The notes beneath the pieces are model-generated. The model was not told the DNA's origin. It worked only from the letters and a program-made list of their open reading frames with translations, and searched no databases. The position numbers and the translations under genes are program-made. Below are positions 35,819 to 38,070 of a stretch of DNA of 38,070 bases, piece after piece (the stretch's first letter is position 1; each line of letters starts with the position of its first letter). The stretch is from NCBI GenBank assembly GCA_964618755.1, contig CAZUCB010000002.1, forward strand, positions 1 through 38,070. Reading direction: 5' to 3'. Origin of the DNA: an uncultured Bacteroides sp. (lineage in GTDB: Bacteria; Bacteroidota; Bacteroidia; Bacteroidales; JACABE01).

Positions 35819-37375
35819 TTATTCCTTTATAAATTTAATGGTCTGTTGACTTTGTCCTTCAACTTGAAAGAAATAAATGCCACAATTCAACGTATTAATA
35901 TTAATAGTTGTAGCCTTTGAAGTCAATTTACCTTTAATTACAACTTTACCCAGTAAATTGAATACGGAATAATTCATATCTGATAAGTTTGGGTTTGCTT
36001 TTACCACAATTATATCTGTAGCTGGATTTGGGTATATTTCTGAGAGCCAAACTTGTTTATTTATCTCATTAATACCGGTAATAGTATTATTGTAACGAGC
36101 TAAGGCAAAATCAGCATCACCATTATATTTGCTGTTTCCTGCCACTATTATTTTACCATCGGATTGTAATGCTATGGCTCTGCCAAAATCAATATGACTA
36201 CTAAAATCGGTAGTAAGTTTACCATCTGTATCAAAAGTAATGTCGATGCTTCCATTGATTGTATAACGTGCTAAAGCGAAATCATAACTGTTGTCATTTT
36301 TACTATATCCTGCTGCTAAAATTTTATCATCACTTTGTATTACAATTGAATTAATTTCATTTGCAGAATTGCCAATTGCATTGGTTACTATTCCATTGGC
36401 ACCAAATGTGCTATCGATTATTCCATTGGTTTTGTATCGAACTAATGTAAAATCTGTTGTAAAACCATTGTGACTATATCCTGCCATTACGATTTTGCCA
36501 TTGCTTTGTAAAGCTATTGAATTACAATAATTAATAGTTGCACTTATAGATATAGTATCTTTTCCATCGGTATTGAAAGTATTGTCGGGGCTTCCATCAA
36601 TATTAAAGCGGGCTATTGCAAAATTTGGATTGCCATTATTAACACTATTTCCTGCTAATACAATTTTGTTGTCATTTTGTATTAGGATTGTACTACAGGA
36701 AGCTAAACTATCTTCAAAATTGGTTAATGCTATTCCATCGTAATTAAAAGCAAGGTCAGGGATGCCGCTACTATGGTATCGAATAGCAAACATTTGTTTA
36801 CTCCCATTATTATTTATTTCGGTAGTGCCAGCTACTGTAATGTCGCCGTTGCTTTGAAGAGCTAAAGCATTTCCATAATCGTTAAAGCTACCTACAGATG
36901 TTGTAACTATTCCATTATTACCAAAATTGATGTCGAGGGTTCCATTGCTATTATAACGAGCTACTGCTACCACACTATAACCCTTAATACTATCCTGAGT
37001 TGTACCTGCAATTATAATTTTCCCATCGCTTTGTATTGCCATAGAATTTCCGTAATCATGAAGGCTACAAACAGAAGTGGTTACTATTCCATTGGTACCA
37101 AAACTATTGTCGAGAGTTCCGTTTGAAAGATAGCGAGCTATTGCAAAATCTGGATATGAAATTGGATAACTATATCCTGCTACTACAATTTTCCCATCGC
37201 TTTGCACTGCAATGGCTGTAATTTCGTCGTACAGACTCCCAATATTAGTAATAACTTTACCATTTGTTCCAAAACTAAGGTCTAACGAACCGTCTTGAGC
37301 ATAAGAATTGCTTTTCAATAACAAAGATGTAGTAATAAATAATGCTAATGTAACAATTGTAATTTTCTTTTTCAT
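35819..37375 (-). CDS. T9SS type-A secreted protein with seven delta-60 (DUF5122-like) repeats, probable beta-propeller
   Basis: Seven Q(S/N)D(G/N)KI-type repeats with 'ARY..NG.LD..FG.NG.VTT'; C-terminal IYPNPA...VFNLLGK...GIYF...KFIKE. Confidence 0.9.
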   Translation of the reverse strand: MKKKITIVTLALFITTSLLLKSNSYAQDGSLDLSFGTNGKVITNIGSLYDEITAIAVQSDGKIVVAGYSYPISYPDFAIARYLSNGTLDNSFGTNGIVTTSVCSLHDYGNSMAIQSDGKIIIAGTTQDSIKGYSVVAVARYNSNGTLDINFGNNGIVTTSVGSFNDYGNALALQSNGDITVAGTTEINNNGSKQMFAIRYHSSGIPDLAFNYDGIALTNFEDSLASCSTILIQNDNKIVLAGNSVNNGNPNFAIARFNIDGSPDNTFNTDGKDTISISATINYCNSIALQSNGKIVMAGYSHNGFTTDFTLVRYKTNGIIDSTFGANGIVTNAIGNSANEINSIVIQSDDKILAAGYSKNDNSYDFALARYTINGSIDITFDTDGKLTTDFSSHIDFGRAIALQSDGKIIVAGNSKYNGDADFALARYNNTITGINEINKQVWLSEIYPNPATDIIVVKANPNLSDMNYSVFNLLGKVVIKGKLTSKATTININTLNCGIYFFQVEGQSQQTIKFIKE

Positions 37376-37587
37376 TTTATAATTTTCTTCTTCCTACTCT
37401 TATGGCTTTTCGGTTTCGCCCCGTTTTTTTAATATGGGTTCTGGTCTCCACTTTTTCTGTTTGTTATTAATTTGTTTGAGGGTAATAAATAATTATAATT
37501 TTCAACTACTATTTGTAAATCTCTTTTTTGTTTCGCTGATTAATAATTGTACTATATTTATTTGTATAAATTTTATATAAAAGATGA

Positions 37588-37595
37588 CAAAGCTA
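37588..37595 (-). promoter_or_regulatory. -7 element (TAGCTTTG) for the delta-60 gene, implying a leader of about 210 nt
   Basis: CAAAGCTA on +. Confidence 0.5.
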
Positions 37596-37796
37596 CAAAA
37601 AAAAATATAATGTATTAAAAAACTTATAAAGATTTTTGCAACATAAGAAAGTAAATATAAATGTACTTAAATATTTTAAATCTTTCCATCTACCTATTAA
37701 TTTGAGCCGTTTACCTATTTTGTTTTTTTAGGGTAAGGTATGCGCGTAGTTTTGCATCGAATACAATTACAATAGTTTTTTTTAAAGTAAATTTTG

Positions 37797-37826
37797 AGTG
37801 TGCACTTTTAATTGATAGTGCACACT
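37797..37826. promoter_or_regulatory. Inverted repeat, candidate operator upstream of the PqqD-like gene
   Basis: AGTGTGCACT-N10-AGTGCACACT, perfect 10-bp arms, 30 nt upstream of the ATG at 37856. Confidence 0.55.
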
Positions 37827-37855
37827 TTTTTAAAAATTCAATAAAATATTTTATT

Positions 37856-38070
37856 ATGAAAATAAATAAAAGCGTATGTGTTAGCGAAGCGGGTTCCCTT
37901 TTTCATCCGTTGACAGGAGATTTTTTTACATTGAACCCAGCGGGTGTTGAAATATTTACCATGTTGAAAAAAGAAAGTAGTTTTGACCAAATTATGCAGT
38001 CAATTCTTTCAAAATACGATGTTGACAGAAATACTTTCGAAAGAGATTATTTTGAATTTACAGCGGCACT
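37856..38070 (+). CDS. PqqD-family protein (RiPP recognition element-like); 3'-truncated by the window edge, absent from the ORF track
   Basis: Translates as MKINKSVCVSEAGSLFHPLTGDFFTLNPAGVEIFTMLKKESSFDQIMQSILSKYDVDRNTFERDYFEFTAA, showing the PqqD pattern G..F.LN..G..I...L......I...I...YDV......D...F. Confidence 0.8.
   Translation, partial: MKINKSVCVSEAGSLFHPLTGDFFTLNPAGVEIFTMLKKESSFDQIMQSILSKYDVDRNTFERDYFEFTAA

Noticed and set aside
35900-37300. Periodic DNA similarity considered as a CRISPR array or non-coding repeat
   Set aside because: The units are degenerate, in frame and encode delta-60 protein repeats; there are no identical repeats with unique spacers.

Overview
AT-rich (roughly 30% GC by eye) chromosomal window from a Bacteroidota organism, most likely an anaerobic or microaerophilic Bacteroidales. 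This rests on the T9SS cargo proteins and porT, the TAnnTTTG promoters, and the tRNA-Glu-rpsT and DUF4492-cydAB arrangements. The left half is mostly housekeeping and envelope genes: the 3' end of an aldehyde:ferredoxin oxidoreductase, a T9SS type-B cargo, a capD-like dehydratase, NlpC/P60, rfaE1-ubiE/menG-porT, tRNA-Glu, rpsT, rrf2 with an MbnP-like lipoprotein, a FadL-like OMP, proS and a GT2. The right half is accessory. It has a four-gene barrel/GDPD/barrel/MFS locus, then the most striking feature: a Crp/Fnr-controlled operon encoding an octaheme tetrathionate-reductase-family lipoprotein, two YeeE/YedE sulfur transporter subunits (one fused to a Cys-less rhodanese with a C-terminal GGLCS tail) and a nonaheme-c/cytochrome-b CbcL-like quinol oxidoreductase, directly followed by cytochrome bd. 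A perfect TGTGA-N6-TCACA box lies in the divergent promoter region. The window ends in a delta-60-repeat T9SS protein with a structured-looking leader and the start of a PqqD/RRE-like gene. No CRISPR array, rRNA or mobile element was seen. All product calls come from motif recognition, not database searches.
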